A DNA stretch of 64,000 nucleotides from positions 29,264,001 to 29,328,000 of the forward strand of contig OX597829.1 of NCBI GenBank assembly GCA_951406725.2, given 5' to 3'. The stretch comes from Octopus vulgaris (lineage: Eukaryota). Positions 14,270 through 27,411 of the stretch are shown here, in pieces. Every line of letters begins with the position of its first letter. The stretch's first letter is position 1. A program made the position numbers and the translations under genes. The notes beneath the pieces were generated by a model, which did no database searches, was not told the origin of the DNA, and worked only from the letters and a program-made list of their open reading frames with translations.

Positions 14270-15645
14270 CATATATGCTTGCTCTATGAATTCCAAAGGG
14301 GTTTTCAGTAATGGGGGTGGCAAGAAATACTCATTCTGAATTTGAGAATGAAACTTTATGTGTCCAAACATACCAATAATGGTTTGGCCAATTTTGCTCC
14401 AGAATTTTTTCTCTAGCAGATTCCCTTTGATCTGAGGAATTAAGATCTGTCAATATTGAGCTTCTGAAAATCATAGTTTCAATTCAAGATCACACTTTGA
14501 TCATAAAATACCTTCATAAGTTATGGAAAAATGTCTAATGCTTAGTAGGTCCCTCATCATCCAACTGCTTCTCAGCTTAAACAAAACATTGAATGAGTAG
14601 ACTTGCTACTTAACCTTTCCTGGGTAGAATCATCACAAGTAATGAAATGAGAGGTCTCTATAACCATATCCAATGTGAGTGACAATGAAACAGGAAGAAT
14701 CATTCCTAAACCAGGACTACACCAAAAAAATGTTTTATGTTTAATGTTTGGTAGGATATGAAGAGTGTCCTCTATCATGAAGTGTTAAACAAAAATGGAA
14801 GTTAATGCAGAGAAGCATTGTCATCAATTAGAATTTTTTTTTTGTTCTTTTACATGTTTCAGTCATTTGACAGTGGCCATGCTAGAGCACCACCGTAAAG
14901 AGTTTTTTAGTCAGAGAAATCAACCCCAGGACTTACTCTTTGTAAGCCTAGTACTTATTTTATTAGTCTCTTTTGCTGAACTACTAAGTTACAGAGACAT
15001 AAACACACCAACATCAGTTGTCAAATGATGGTGGGAGAATACAAACACAGACACAAAGATACACACATAAATATATATATATACATATATATATATTGTC
15101 CCACCCATGCCAGCATGGAAGGCAGATGTTAAACGATGATGATGATGATATTCAACGGGCTTCTTTCAGTTTCTGTTTTACCAAATCCGCTCACAAAGCT
15201 GCCACACAGTGGGACTGAACCCGGAAAAATGTGGTTGGGAAGCAAGCTTCTTACCACACAGCCATGCCTGCACAAACATTTGCAGAAAAAGCACCCATAG
15301 TTAGTCAGTCATAAAGGGGTGTTGATCTTACACAGTAATGCAAAACTACATATTGCCCAAATCACTCAGAAAAATACTACAGTACTAAACATCAAAGTTT
15401 TGCCTCGTCCTCCTTACTTAACTGAACTTACTCCATCTAACCATCATCTTTTCAGATCATTGCAACATTCTACAGTTTATTAAATGTGAAGAGGATAAAA
15501 ATGATATTGAGTGTTTCTTTATCTCAAAACCTGAAGAATTATACACCCATCAATATTATTTTCATTAAATATACCAATTAAGACCAAAGGAGCATTTGTT
15601 TCTTTTCTGTTTGAAATGAGACTGGACTTTCTTTCCAACCAATTA
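14270..15645 (+). mobile_element. Decayed mariner, interrupted by a SINE
   Basis: FLGRIITSNE (FLDRIITGDE-like) at ~14617; LHSNAKLH and LPRPPYLTELTPSNHHLFRSLQH at ~15328-15468. Confidence 0.8.
14845..15272 (-). mobile_element. SINE family A copy nested in mariner
   Basis: Collinear match; itself carries an RTE tail fragment at ~15097-15149. Confidence 0.8.
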
Positions 15646-16257
15646 TTTCATGTTATTGGTACTTATTACAAGATAATCAATAGTTCTTCTCGATATGAGA
15701 TGTATACTAAAACAGCTGAGGTATGATGACTGTGAATAGAAAAATCTGTACCTATAGTAGTTTTAAAGGAATAAATGAAGCTAAGTCATTTATTCCTTTA
15801 ACAAGAAGTCAAATACAAATATGGGGAAGAGACAACTGGGCTAGTTTGGAAAGGTAAATTAAACATATGTCAGTTGATCAAAAGAATAAACATGACAGTG
15901 GTAGGTGAAATACAGTATGAAAATGAAGATTCAGAACAAAAGTGGTTAGATCAAAGTTGAGAACTACTATCAACCCTAACAAAATTTAAAGCAGCATCTA
16001 TTATGATTTATTTATAAACAGCTGGTTTAACCTGTTATAAAATTGTTTCTTTTAAACACAACTATTTTGCCTTTTATAAACAGAATGTTAATATCAAGGG
16101 AAAATAGTGTCAGGAAATTACCAGAAGGAAAACAGTAATGGATTTTCAAGATTTAATAATGATTTAAATGAATAAAACTGGGAACAAGAGCTGAAATTTG
16201 AGGGATGAAAATTATCAGTTAAATTTGATACTGCCTTATTTTATCAATCACGATTAA

Positions 16258-16477
16258 CCCTTTAGTATTCAGATTATTCTGTCAAATATAATGTTTGTTT
16301 AGTTACATTGTTTTGAATTAATGATGCATTATCTTGTAGTTAAGAGATTTCGATGATGTGATTGTTTAGTTTTAGAATGATATTGTAAGGCTGATGTGAA
16401 GAACCAGATCTGGTCAGTTTCAACAGAAAATAGGCTAAATATTTTGGCCTGCTATGACTAGTTTGAATGCTAATGGG
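16258..16477. mobile_element. piggyBac-like MITE family 1 (opposite orientation to 687-908)
   Basis: TTAA-CCCTTTAGTATTCA ... TGAATGCTAATGGG-TTAA. Confidence 0.78.
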
Positions 16478-16621
16478 TTAAAGACAAAGTTGAAGTTAGC
16501 TGGTTTTCAATTCAGAATATAAAAGAGGCTGGAACAAATACTGCAAGGTATATTGTCTGGATACCTTAATGATTCTGCTAAGTAAACTGCCCTGATTTAA
16601 ATAAGTAAAATATAATATTAG

Positions 16622-16832
16622 CCCTTTTGAAACCAACCACTCTGAGACTGCCCCTTGATACATGATGCAAACTCTATTTTAAAGTGATCTAAATCAAAAC
16701 CTTCAATCAAAATTTCATATTGAGTTCCAAACACCAGCTTAATAACAACAAAGTTATTTTACTAAATTCTTCATTATTTTCAAAATTAATTCAAGCGACA
16801 GCATATTTCAATAGAAATATAGTAAGAAAATG
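16622..16832. mobile_element. piggyBac-like MITE family 2 (copies at ~4670-4885 and inverted at ~8072-8284)
   Basis: Shared gtgatctaaat.aaaaccttc.atca.aattt core; ends cccttttg / aaaatgg-ttaa. Confidence 0.6.
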
Positions 16833-16899
16833 GTTAAGATCATGATCATCTTCAATTTATAGAAAATTATTTTGTTATAAAACTTAATTTCTTTCTTAC

Positions 16900-17010
16900 C
16901 TTACACTTTACCGTTCGCACAATCTTTTTAACCTTGGCTTCGCAAAATGCTCCACGGTATTTAGCACTGACATCAGTGCCAACACTGAGGAATGGTGGTT
17001 CATCCCCAGC
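16900..17010 (-). CDS. ARID4B: AT-rich interactive domain protein 4 (ARID4A/ARID4B co-ortholog), coding exon, Tudor region
   Basis: 111 nt, ttttgcag|...|gtaaga. Translates [37 protein letters not shown], recognisable as ARID4[38 protein letters not shown]. Confidence 0.97.
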
Positions 17011-17419
17011 CTGCAAAATAACAAAATAGAAATTCCATTTGAGAATCAGACAGCTTTGCTTTTTATTTATTTTTTTTTAATACAAATCATTATATTTCAA
17101 ATATAAAAATGGATCCCTTTTCTCCTAAATAAAACAAATTCTGTAAACAAATGTGCAAGTACCAGGGAATTGTCTGTAACCAGTAACATTTTGAATTCTT
17201 TTACAGGGCTTACAAAAACTGAAGGACTGCTGCAATAAGTGTGTGAAATTGAGAGGTGAGTATGATGGATAAAATTATAATTAACTGATCCTCTTGTATT
17301 TTCTTTTATCCAAAGCCAGAAATTTTTCAGCACACCCTATTGTGTGTATGTGGGTATATGTGTGTGTATGTATATATATATATATATATATACAAGAGAG
17401 GGTGCTGAAAAGTTCTATA

Positions 17420-18330
17420 GATTTCTGCAGCTGGGTGCCCTTCCTAATGCCAACAATTCCGAGAGTGCAGTGGGTGCTTTTTATGTACCAACTACACAGG
17501 TATCATTGACCTGACACCAGCATCAGCCACGACTATGGTCTCACTTGGCTTGACAGGTCAACTCAAGCTCGGTATATTGCCAAGGGTCTTGGTCACCTGT
17601 CACTCGGCTTGTCCTCACTGCTTCCATGAGGCCCAATGCACAAACGATGCTTTTTATATGCCACCAGCCTAGGTGCCAGTCAGGTGGCACTGTCATTGGC
17701 CACAACTACAATTTCACTCTGTTCAACAGATCTTCATAAGCACAGCATATCACCCAACAACTGAAAGTTGCTTTTAACAAGCCAGTGAAACAACACTGGC
17801 ATCAGCCATAACTACAATCTCACTTGGCTTGACAGGTCCTCTCAAGCACAGCATATCTCCAAAGGTCTTGGTCACTTATCATTGCCAAGGGTCTTGGTCA
17901 CCTGTCACTCATCCCATCTCTTCCTGGGTTTACCTCTTCTACAAGTTCCTTCCACCATTAGAGTGCAACACTTCTTCACAAAGCCTTCCTCGTCCATATA
18001 CATCACATGATCATTCCAATACAGTCATCTCTCTTGCACACTACATCTGATGCTTCTTATGTCCTACATATCATGTAAAAAGCACACTTCAAACATTGAG
18101 CCTAACAGAGGCAGTAACAAATGACCAAGACCTGTTAAGCTGGCATTGTGCAACTGGCAAACATGCTTAGTGGTACGTAAAAATTACCCACTACACTCTT
18201 GATGGCTAGAGTTAGGAAGGGCATCCAGCTGTAGAAACCATGTCAAATCAGATTGGAAACTGGTGCAGCTCCCCAGTCAAACAATCCAGCCCATGCCATT
18301 GAAAATGGATGGTAAATGATGATGGTGGTG
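17420..18330. mobile_element. Two RTE 3' fragments in opposite orientation (17420-18060 minus, 18070-18330 plus)
   Basis: Both match the RTE 3' UTR. Confidence 0.7.
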
Positions 18331-19044
18331 GTTAAAATAGAATCAAAGGAAATTGGTGGAAGGCTGCATCAGCAAGTCATATTATTTGGTAAAAGCAAAA
18401 CAATAGAAATAGTACAGTAATGCTGTGCAGAGTGGAGTATCCAAAGCTTCAGACATGTTGAATACTCCTCTCCTCATGACAATTTCAATAAACTATATCT
18501 GTTGCCTCATATATACTCACATATCCAAGCATGTTTACGTGTATGTGCACTTGTGTGTGTGCTTTGTTTATGAATGACTTTTGGAGCAAATGTATTTATT
18601 TATGTGTTTCTGTGTCTGTATGCATCTCTTTCCATGCATGGCATTCATTATTGTGAGTGTGTATATGCACATGTGTGCATGGGTGGATAGATGTGTGCAT
18701 GCGTGCATATGTGCTTGAATGTGTACATTCATGCATGTATTCAGAATGAATTGCATTTACATGTTTTGTGCATGCATTTGTACTTTTAGTGCATTCCTTC
18801 AGTTTTCTTCTCTTTGATATTTTAAATTGTTGAGATAATAATAAAAATTCTTCAGTTTTGAGATTTCCAGGGGTCAGATTCCTTTGAAATTCTTTTCAGG
18901 CTCAAGGGGTTACAGCTAAATGCATAGAGATCAAAACATTTTATCATGCCAATGCATAGTTTTGTGTAAAAACAAGGAAGACACCTACACACAACCAGAA
19001 TTTGATTTTTAGTATTAGATACTTTTGAATACAACCACACACAC

Positions 19045-19622
19045 ACGACATGGTTGTATGGTTAAAAAGCTTGCTTCCCAAACATGTGTGGTCTTACGTT
19101 CAGTCTCACTGCATGGCACATTGGGCAAGTGTCTTCTATAACTCCAGGCTGATCAAAACTTGGTGAGTCTTCTATAACTCCAGGCTGATCAAAACTTGGT
19201 GAGTGGAGTGGGTAGAAGGAAACCAAAAGAAGCCCATATGATGGGCTTCTTTTGGTGTATATACCCTTGTCTTGGCATCATACAATAGTTGAAAACAAGC
19301 AGCACTATCATACAAGTGATACTTGTTTGTTTCCAGTCTTCCAAGTAAAACGTCCTAATATGGGGAAATAGTGAGGATTGGTGACAGGAAATGGCCTGCC
19401 CCTTTCATAATTCCTTGTCTTGTGAGTTACTTGGTTACCCTGCCAGTGCTAGTGCCATGTTAAAAGCATCCAGTCCACACTATAATATGGTTGGCGGTAG
19501 GAAGGGGATCCAGCCATAAAATCCCTACCAAAACATATACAGTAACCTAGGGTAGTTTTCTACCTGTCAACCATCCTACCCATGCATGTATGAAATATAG
19601 ATGTTAAACGATGATGATGATG
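19045..19622 (+). mobile_element. SINE with family A head and RTE-type (GAT)n tail
   Basis: tggttgtatgg...gttcagtctc...ttgggcaagtgtcttcta head; 3' end gatgttaaacgatgatgatg. Confidence 0.65.
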
Positions 19623-19623
19623 A

Positions 19624-19657
<34 letters not shown>

Positions 19658-19660
19658 GCA

Positions 19661-19871
19661 CGAGGGTGTTGAAAAATGTTTGGCTTTAAGCACATCGTGA
19701 AATGCCTGGTTGGAGACCCAACCTTCTTTCTTTTACAGAGTCTAGAAAAACCGAAGGACTGCTATAAGTGAGAATCTGTAAGGGGAAATATGTTGAATAG
19801 AATTAACATATTAATTGATGCTTCTCCATTTTTTTTTTACCTAAAACCAGGAACTTTTTAGCACACCTTTG
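19661..19871. mobile_element. Mariner-derived MITE (related copies at ~17145-17340 and ~55449-55645)
   Basis: TIR-like cgagggtgttgaaaaatgtttggcttt / aaaaccaggaactttttagcacacctttg; shared core gaaggactgc..aataagtg in all three copies. Confidence 0.7.
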
Positions 19872-22066
19872 TATTAATATATGTATATATTAATACATAT
19901 TTATTAATGCCTACTCATGGTGGAGTGCACATTTGGTGTGGAGTGATTAAATTGGGATATGGGACAAAAAGATTGAGACACATTGCTCTACATAAATAAA
20001 GAGATCTGTATAAGAAATTGCCATGGCTAAACAAATAAATCAGTGCATTTTCCAGCAAATCACTGATATAAAAATCATAATAATTCTTTAATGTAAATGC
20101 TGCATCAAATATTAAAAGTAAACAATATCAGGACTGTGGAAATTTAAAATATTTTAAATAGAAAAAATATAAGCATCAAAGGTGGGTTTTCAATTTACAA
20201 AATCAAATCAGAGCAAAACAAGCAAGTCAATTTTCCTTTACAAATGAAGCCATTTCATTCCAACATTGTTAATGTCCTTAGGAGATGGCATCAAATTTAA
20301 TCTATGTTCCTTTTTTGAAATCTACAGAAACTGGTTTCTAGTCAAAAGAGACTAGTTTTAGAATTAAACGAATTTGGAAAATGCAAAATGGTTTGATCTT
20401 GAAAATCGTCATCATTCATCACTAGTTAACGTCTACCTTTCTATGCTTGCATGGGTCAGGCAGAAGTTGTTGGAAATTTTCTAAAGCCAGATGCCCTTTG
20501 TGTCACCAACCCTCACTTGTTTCTAAGTAAAGTAATAGTTCCCCATGGCCAGACATGTTTCTGCAGAATATTGGAAGTAAATAACATAGCTTGCTATGTC
20601 AGTGACACTCATTTAAAAATGATTGCATGATGTCAAGACAAGGACACGGGGACACACACACACTGGTCTTCTTTTCATCTACTCGATCCACTCACAACAC
20701 TTTGCTTGGCTCAGGGCTATAATAGTACACATTCACCCAAGGTGTCATGCAATGAGCCTGAACCTGAAACCATGTGGTTGTGAAGCAAACTTCTAAGCTA
20801 CATAGCCATACCAGCACCTATAAAATTTGCAAAAAAATTTTATCTTAAATATTATCCCAGTAGAACTGCTGGATTTCAAAAGCTAGGAGAAGGTGATTAA
20901 ACTCATGACTCAACACTTTCCATACTGTTTCTCTAACATGAACTAGTTGTAAGTCAAGAAACACTCAAATTAGAAATTAATATTATTCACACATTGAAAG
21001 TAATTAATATTCCATCAAGTCATTCATTTAGAAATAAAGCATGCGTAGATTTAATTCATAATCAGATTTCAGTGACAGCTCATCATAGCAAAAATAATTA
21101 CTTTGAATCAAATCACAAGAATAAAGGTTACATTTATAATTATATTACCACACGACATGCCGAATGGAATACTATTCCCACTTAATTTTAATTTATTAAA
21201 GAATTGCAATGATTCATATTTCAACATGATCTTTCATTATCATCATCATTGCTATTTTCCATGATTGTATGTATTGGATGGCTTAACAGAAACTAGCAAG
21301 GCCAGGGGTTGTGCCAGGTTTTATAATCTGTTTTGATTTGGTTTCTACAGATGGATGCCCTCCCTAACACCAACAACATTACACAGTGTACTGGGTCACT
21401 TTTACACGGCACCATCACAAGTGCTTTTTACATGGTTACCTTGGTTTTAGAGCTTCAATCTGTTGTGCTGACCAGATCTTTATTGATATGATAGATTAGT
21501 ATTTTTTTTAACAATTCAGATGACTTCATTTTAAGTTCTTTACTTGCATATGAACTTAGTGTGTTACTAATATTACAATGAACCAAAATGGGAGATACTG
21601 AGTAACCATTTGGCCTACTAGTGAGAGCAACCAAATCTCTCTGAAATCACACCCTATTGATATAAAATAAAGGGTTATATCAGATAATGTAGTCCTGGTA
21701 CATACATGAGGCACAGGCATGGCTATGTGGTTAGGAAGTTTGCTTCATAACCACATGGTTTCAGGTTCAATCCTAGTGAATGGCATTTTCTCATAAACAT
21801 AGGCATATTTCCACACATCTTTCCACTGTCACCAGCTGGGCAGTGATGATGTTTGTTTATGACCAACATAAACAATTTTCTTTCAGTGCAGCATTTCAAC
21901 ATGTGAAAACCAGTAGAATAAAGGACCCTAGGTGAAAACAAAGGTTCACATCAGGAAGGGCATCCTGTCATAAAATACTGCACCAGGAAGTCTCAGTCAA
22001 TCCATACCAGCGCAGAAAAAGTGAACACAAAAATGATGACAATGGTAATATCTGTTCATGATATAA

Positions 22067-22285
22067 GGTAGCAATGAACTGGCAAAATCGTTAGCATGCT
22101 GGACAAAATGCTTAGTGGCCTTTTTTCTCACTTTACACTCTGAGTTCAAATGCCACCAAGGTCAACTTTGTCTTTCATCCTTTTGGAGTTCATAAAATAA
22201 ACACCAGTTGAAAACTAGGGTTGATGTAATTGGTTTACCCACTTTCCCACAACTGTTGGTTTTGTGCTAAAATTTGAAACCAATA
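22067..22285 (+). mobile_element. tRNA-derived SINE family B (copies at ~54440-54670 minus, ~61790-61988 minus, ~62142-62360 plus)
   Basis: ctggcagaat.gttagca.gc...aaatgcttag...gagttcaaat...aggtc.actttg.ctt.catc shared among copies. Confidence 0.75.
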
Positions 22286-22323
22286 TGTATTCATGATATA
22301 TGTATAAACATATGAGTACATAT

Positions 22324-22375
<52 letters not shown>

Positions 22376-22386
22376 ATAATATATTA

Positions 22387-22541
22387 TCATCATCGTTTAA
22401 CGTCCGTTTTCCGTGCTAGCACGGGTTGGACGGTTCGACCGGGGTCTGGGAAGCCAGGAGGGTGCATCAGGCTTCAGTCTGATCTGGCAGTGTTTCTACA
22501 CCTGGATGCCCTTCCTAACGCCAACCACTCCGTGAGTGTAA
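22387..22541 (-). mobile_element. RTE LINE 3' end
   Basis: catcatcgtttaacgtccg...ccaaccactccg. Confidence 0.85.
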
Positions 22542-23434
22542 TGTTATATATATATAATACATACATATAGATATATGGCCAAAAGTCACCTGACTGTAAA
22601 TCAAACCCATTTAATTCCAAGATTTATTTATGTTTAACAACTGAATGAGACTTCATTAATGAATAGACAAATGTTGGGGGAAAAAACAGTGATTTTAACT
22701 CACAGCATTCAATTAGTAAACATTCACAATTGGAATGAATAAATAAAACTGAATATTAAGTATTTATGGAATTTTGATATACTGTTGGGTGAGGTCTGGC
22801 CAACTCTGTATATAAAATATATGTATGTTTTTGTGCATTTAGGCACCCATAGACCATGTGGTTGTATTCCACTGGTCAACAGTTTAAGTATACCACCTAA
22901 AGTGGCCCAAAACAGGATTAGAACTCCAAATGAAAGCTTGCTGGAACCCATGCTCTAGCATCCTTGTCAATCAATGCCCACACACATACAAATGTGTGTG
23001 AATAATTGAATCTCTTATCACCACTTTATCCAACTATCATCCTCCTTATGCATGACGTCTCCAGTCTTGCACAGTACAGTGATTCCACTTAGATTTCTCT
23101 TGGCTCCTTTGTGCTTGGTAATTCATTTACACTCACATTGAACATCCAGTAAAGCACATGCTCAGCTTTGTTTTTCTAACCTTAACACACCATCAGCGTT
23201 CACGGCAAGTATTTCACAACCATGCAATAATGCATTTTGCACACAAATATCACACAACTTGCTTAGAACATTCCTTTATTACCAATGGAGGTAATGTAAC
23301 CAGATAAAATGGTTTTCTGACACCAAGGAGAGAAAGCAGAAAACTTTATCATAGACATTTGAGAAAGCTTTTGGTCACTATATTCCTTCCAAGTTCACAT
23401 CAGCTTTCTTTATACAATTTTGTCAGGTGATATA

Positions 23435-24680
23435 TAAAGGTGGATGGAAAAGTTCATATGCTGACCATGAAGGAGTGAAGCTAAAGCTGTGAAGTCTTGT
23501 ATGAATTTCAGCTCTTCTAATTAATAACTGCATTGCTTTTTTCTGGGTAAACTGACATCTGTCTGTTCAAAGAAGACTTCAAAAGTAACTAGTAACAACT
23601 TATCTAAAAAGTAGACAAAATTTGGCATTTTGGTGATAAGTACCGGCAGAAAAAGTGTTTAGTCCCCAAGGACACTATGCTGATATGGCTGCTACAGTAG
23701 ATGTCAATCCAGATTTATCAGCAATGCAAAAGTGGGCAGCTAAATTTATGAGGGAAAGGGAGAGTCTTGATGATGACCCAAGGTTTGGACTTCCTGCAAC
23801 TACCACCACTGATCATGTTCACCACATGCTGATGAATGTCAGGCAACTGACTATAAATCAATTAGCCAATACTATTAGCATATCTTGTGAGAGAGTTGAA
23901 TATTCTACATAATGAATTTGACATGACAAAGGTTTCTGCTTGGTGGCTACCATTACTGACACCTGATCAAAAATGCATCGAATTGATCACCTCATGGAGA
24001 AAATCTGATATTGTTTGAAGTAAATCCAGTAGGTTTCCTTGAACGTTTCCAAACCCAAGATGAATGTTGGGTTCATCACTTTGAGTCAGAGACAATGAGA
24101 CAACCCATGCAGTGAAAACACCTCTCCTCATCTGCTACAAAGAAGGCCATGGTCATTTCATTTGCAGGGAAGGTAATGGCCTCAGTTTTTTGGGGTGCAA
24201 AAGACATTGTATTTATCAACTATCTTCAAAAGGGCCACACCATCAATGGAGTGTACTAAGCCAACTTGCCAAGGCAGTTATGAAAGGCTATCAAGACCAA
24301 ATGCTCAGGAAAACTGACAAAAAGGGGGTCTTGTTTCTTCAAAACAATGCTCCAGCCCACAAGTCTTTGGTTCCAATGACTGCTGTGCATGACTGTGGCT
24401 TTGAGCTGGTTGATCACCATCCGTATTCTCCTGATTCTCCATGTGGCTATCACCTGTTCCCCAACATGAAAAACACTTGGCTGTGAAGCAGTGATGATAA
24501 TGTCATATCTGCTGTTTCAACAGGATGAAAGCTTTTTCACCAAAGGGATCCAAACACTGCAACACCAATGGAAGAAGTATGTGGAATGCAAGAGAGGAAC
24601 TATGTTTAAAAATAAACCTCATTTGGTCATATTCCATGAGAATATCTTGGTCAGCATATAAATTTTTTAGCTGACCTTTG
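23435..24680 (+). mobile_element. Near full-length mariner transposon (pseudogenised)
   Basis: About 33-bp TIRs (..aaaagttcatatgctgacca / tggtcagcatataaatttt..), TA flanks; TQDECWVHHFE, QNNAPAH, HHPYSPDSPCGYHLFPNMK. Confidence 0.93.
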
Positions 24681-25162
24681 TAGATTAGTAAACAATATAC
24701 CTCATTACCAAATGCTGATGGTGATTCAAGCTCAATCCCATTCCCCAGTGTCAGCAAACAAGATATTTAGCACAAAAAATAGCAGGCTTTTCTGACAAAA
24801 GTTTTCCAGTCAAACTAGTGTGGAAATCCAAGCTGAGAATTCTCCTCTATTCTATGATTAAAACCAAAGTTAAACACATAATAACTAAAAACTATATGAC
24901 ATTCACTAAGAGATTAACTTTTCATTTCAATTCATCAACAAGTTTTACAAATAGCACAGCTATTATCATCATTTTAACATCTACTTTTCTCCTCTTGAAT
25001 GGATCAGACAAAATTTGCACAGGCAAATTGTCTACAGTTGTATGCCCTTCGTATCACCAACCTCTTCACCTATTTCCAAGCAGCCTAATATTCTCCTATG
25101 GCAATGTTTTCACAGAAGACTGGAAATGTAAATCATTTGTACAATGGTGACATTATTTACAA

Positions 25163-25468
25163 CAGGAATTCTCAACCATTTTTTCTTATCTGTGGACCTC
25201 TTTGATTACTGTTTAAATCTGGTGGACCCCTTTAGTCATTCAATGTTTAAAAACTAGTTTTATAGATTCTTCTTTCAAAATTTCTATTTTGTTTGCCACA
25301 CATTAACTTTTATAGGCTGAACTATGTAAAATATTAGAGAAAGAAACCTAGCTGTTTCTTGCAATCCATACCAATATATACATACAAAATGTTTTCAAGG
25401 GCCTTCAAAATTCTATTGTGGATCCTCAATTACTATTTTGTTGTGTGGACCCCAGCTGAGAAACACTG
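25163..25468. mobile_element. hAT MITE inserted in an older SINE
   Basis: Termini CAGGAATTCTCAAC / GCTGAGAAACACTG; perfect 8-bp TSD ATTTACAA at 25155-62 and 25469-76. Confidence 0.85.
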
Positions 25469-26359
25469 ATTTACAACTATCACATTACGTCAAAACAACA
25501 CACACACGCAATCACACAACAGACTTCTTTCAGTTTATCTACCAAATCTACTGACATTTTGCTTGGCCTATAGCTATAACAGAGATACTTACCGAAAATG
25601 CTACAGAATGGGAATGGACCTGAAACTAAGTGGTTAAGGAGCAAACTTCTTAACCACATGGTCATGCTTGCACTTTTATGTGCATGTGTGTATATATGGA
25701 TGTATTGGAACACTAACTGAAAAAAAAAAACTGCAAGTGTAGAATTAGATATATTTTTAATAATTCTATTGACAAATGACATCAAAACTACACCAGAAGT
25801 TGGTTTCTCCAGACCATTTGACAAGGCCAATAGAATTAAACAAGTGTACACTTACATATAGCATTGAGTACTTTGTTTTCAGTAACATGTTGCACTACAT
25901 GTTCATGTATCCTGTTAAATACTTGATTTATATAAGCCTCATCAAGATTTTAATTTAAATTTTAATTTGTATATAATATTGAGCCCTTTCTTGCCCAATG
26001 AAAAGAATAACAAAAGAGATGTGATAATTTTGGTCACTTCACGCATCATGGTGACATGTAACTATTTACCAAAAAGTACAGCTTTTCTACCTTGTAAATT
26101 TCATCCAGTTACAACATGGACTTTCTTAGATTAGATTAGAAGCTTACATATTTACTAGGCAATATCAGTTCTTTTCTTTGAAAGATGACTGAAACAAGTA
26201 TAAGACAAAGGATCATAATAGGAGAAAATATGGCCCAAATGTATAAGTAGTTGACAGGTTCATAGAGCTTCAAACTACCAAGATTAGAATTATGGTGTTC
26301 AGTAAATTCTTGATCTTTTTTGAAGAAAAATTAGCTGTTTTTCTCTGTAGCTACTTATA

Positions 26360-26566
26360 TTCTTTTACTTGTTTCAATCATTTGACTGTGGCCATGCAGG
26401 AGCACCACCTTTAGTCGAACAAATCAACCCCAGGACTTATTCTTTGTAAGCCTAGTACTTACCCTATTGGTCTCTTTTTATCAAACTGCTAAGTTACAGG
26501 GACATAAACACACTAACATCGGTTGTCAAGCAATGGTGGGGGAACAAACACAGATACAAATAACAA

Positions 26567-26609
<43 letters not shown>

Positions 26610-26778
26610 CACACACGACAGGCTTCTTTCAGTTTCCATCTACCAAATCCACTCACAAGGCTATGGTTGGCCCAAGGTTATAGTAGAAGACACTTGCCCA
26701 AGGTGCCACATAGTGGGACTGAACCTAGAACCCAGTGGTTGGGAACCAAGCTTCTTACCACACAGTCACTCCTCCACC
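26360..26778 (-). mobile_element. SINE family A copy
   Basis: Full-length collinear match with CpG decay. Confidence 0.85.
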
Positions 26779-27189
26779 TATAATTATTTCAATAGTTAAG
26801 TTTATTAATTAATTTTCAGTATCCTTAATTTTCTTTATTGTATCATGAAGCCATATCATTTGAAAAGACTCCTTCACAAGCCAAAGTTAAGTTACAAAGA
26901 CTAACTTAATCCGGAATATTTATGTGGAAACAGAAACAAAATATACACAATACAATCAAGCATTTTGAAGAGTATCACATTAACACACCAAAGTGAAATA
27001 AGATGCAAAGAAAGGAAACCCAACAGATATAATCTATACCCATGTAAACACAGAGCACCCCTAGAGCTTCATTTGAAATAATCCCCATGACTGACTGCAG
27101 GATACATAAGGATTGATATGAACATATTTCATATGCTTGGGACACCAAAACATCCTTGTCGGTCCAAGTCTAATAATGATTACCTAGAT

Positions 27190-27411
27190 CAACATTTTTT
27201 GCCTATGAACCCCTTTGATCCCTATTTTACTCAGGTGGACCCTCATAGCTATTTGATGCTTAAAAAAAATCTTATATTTTTATAACTAAATATTTTTAGG
27301 AATTGTATAAAAAATTGTCAAATTATATTATGTATTATAGAAATATAATCAGTTTATTACAGACAAATTTTAACAACTAAATGTTATATGGGCCCCAGTT
27401 GAGAACCACTG
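27190..27411. mobile_element. hAT MITE related to 25163-25468
   Basis: Right end ccccagttgagaaccactg, internal gtggaccc; left TIR damaged; partial TSD ..CTAGAT. Confidence 0.65.
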
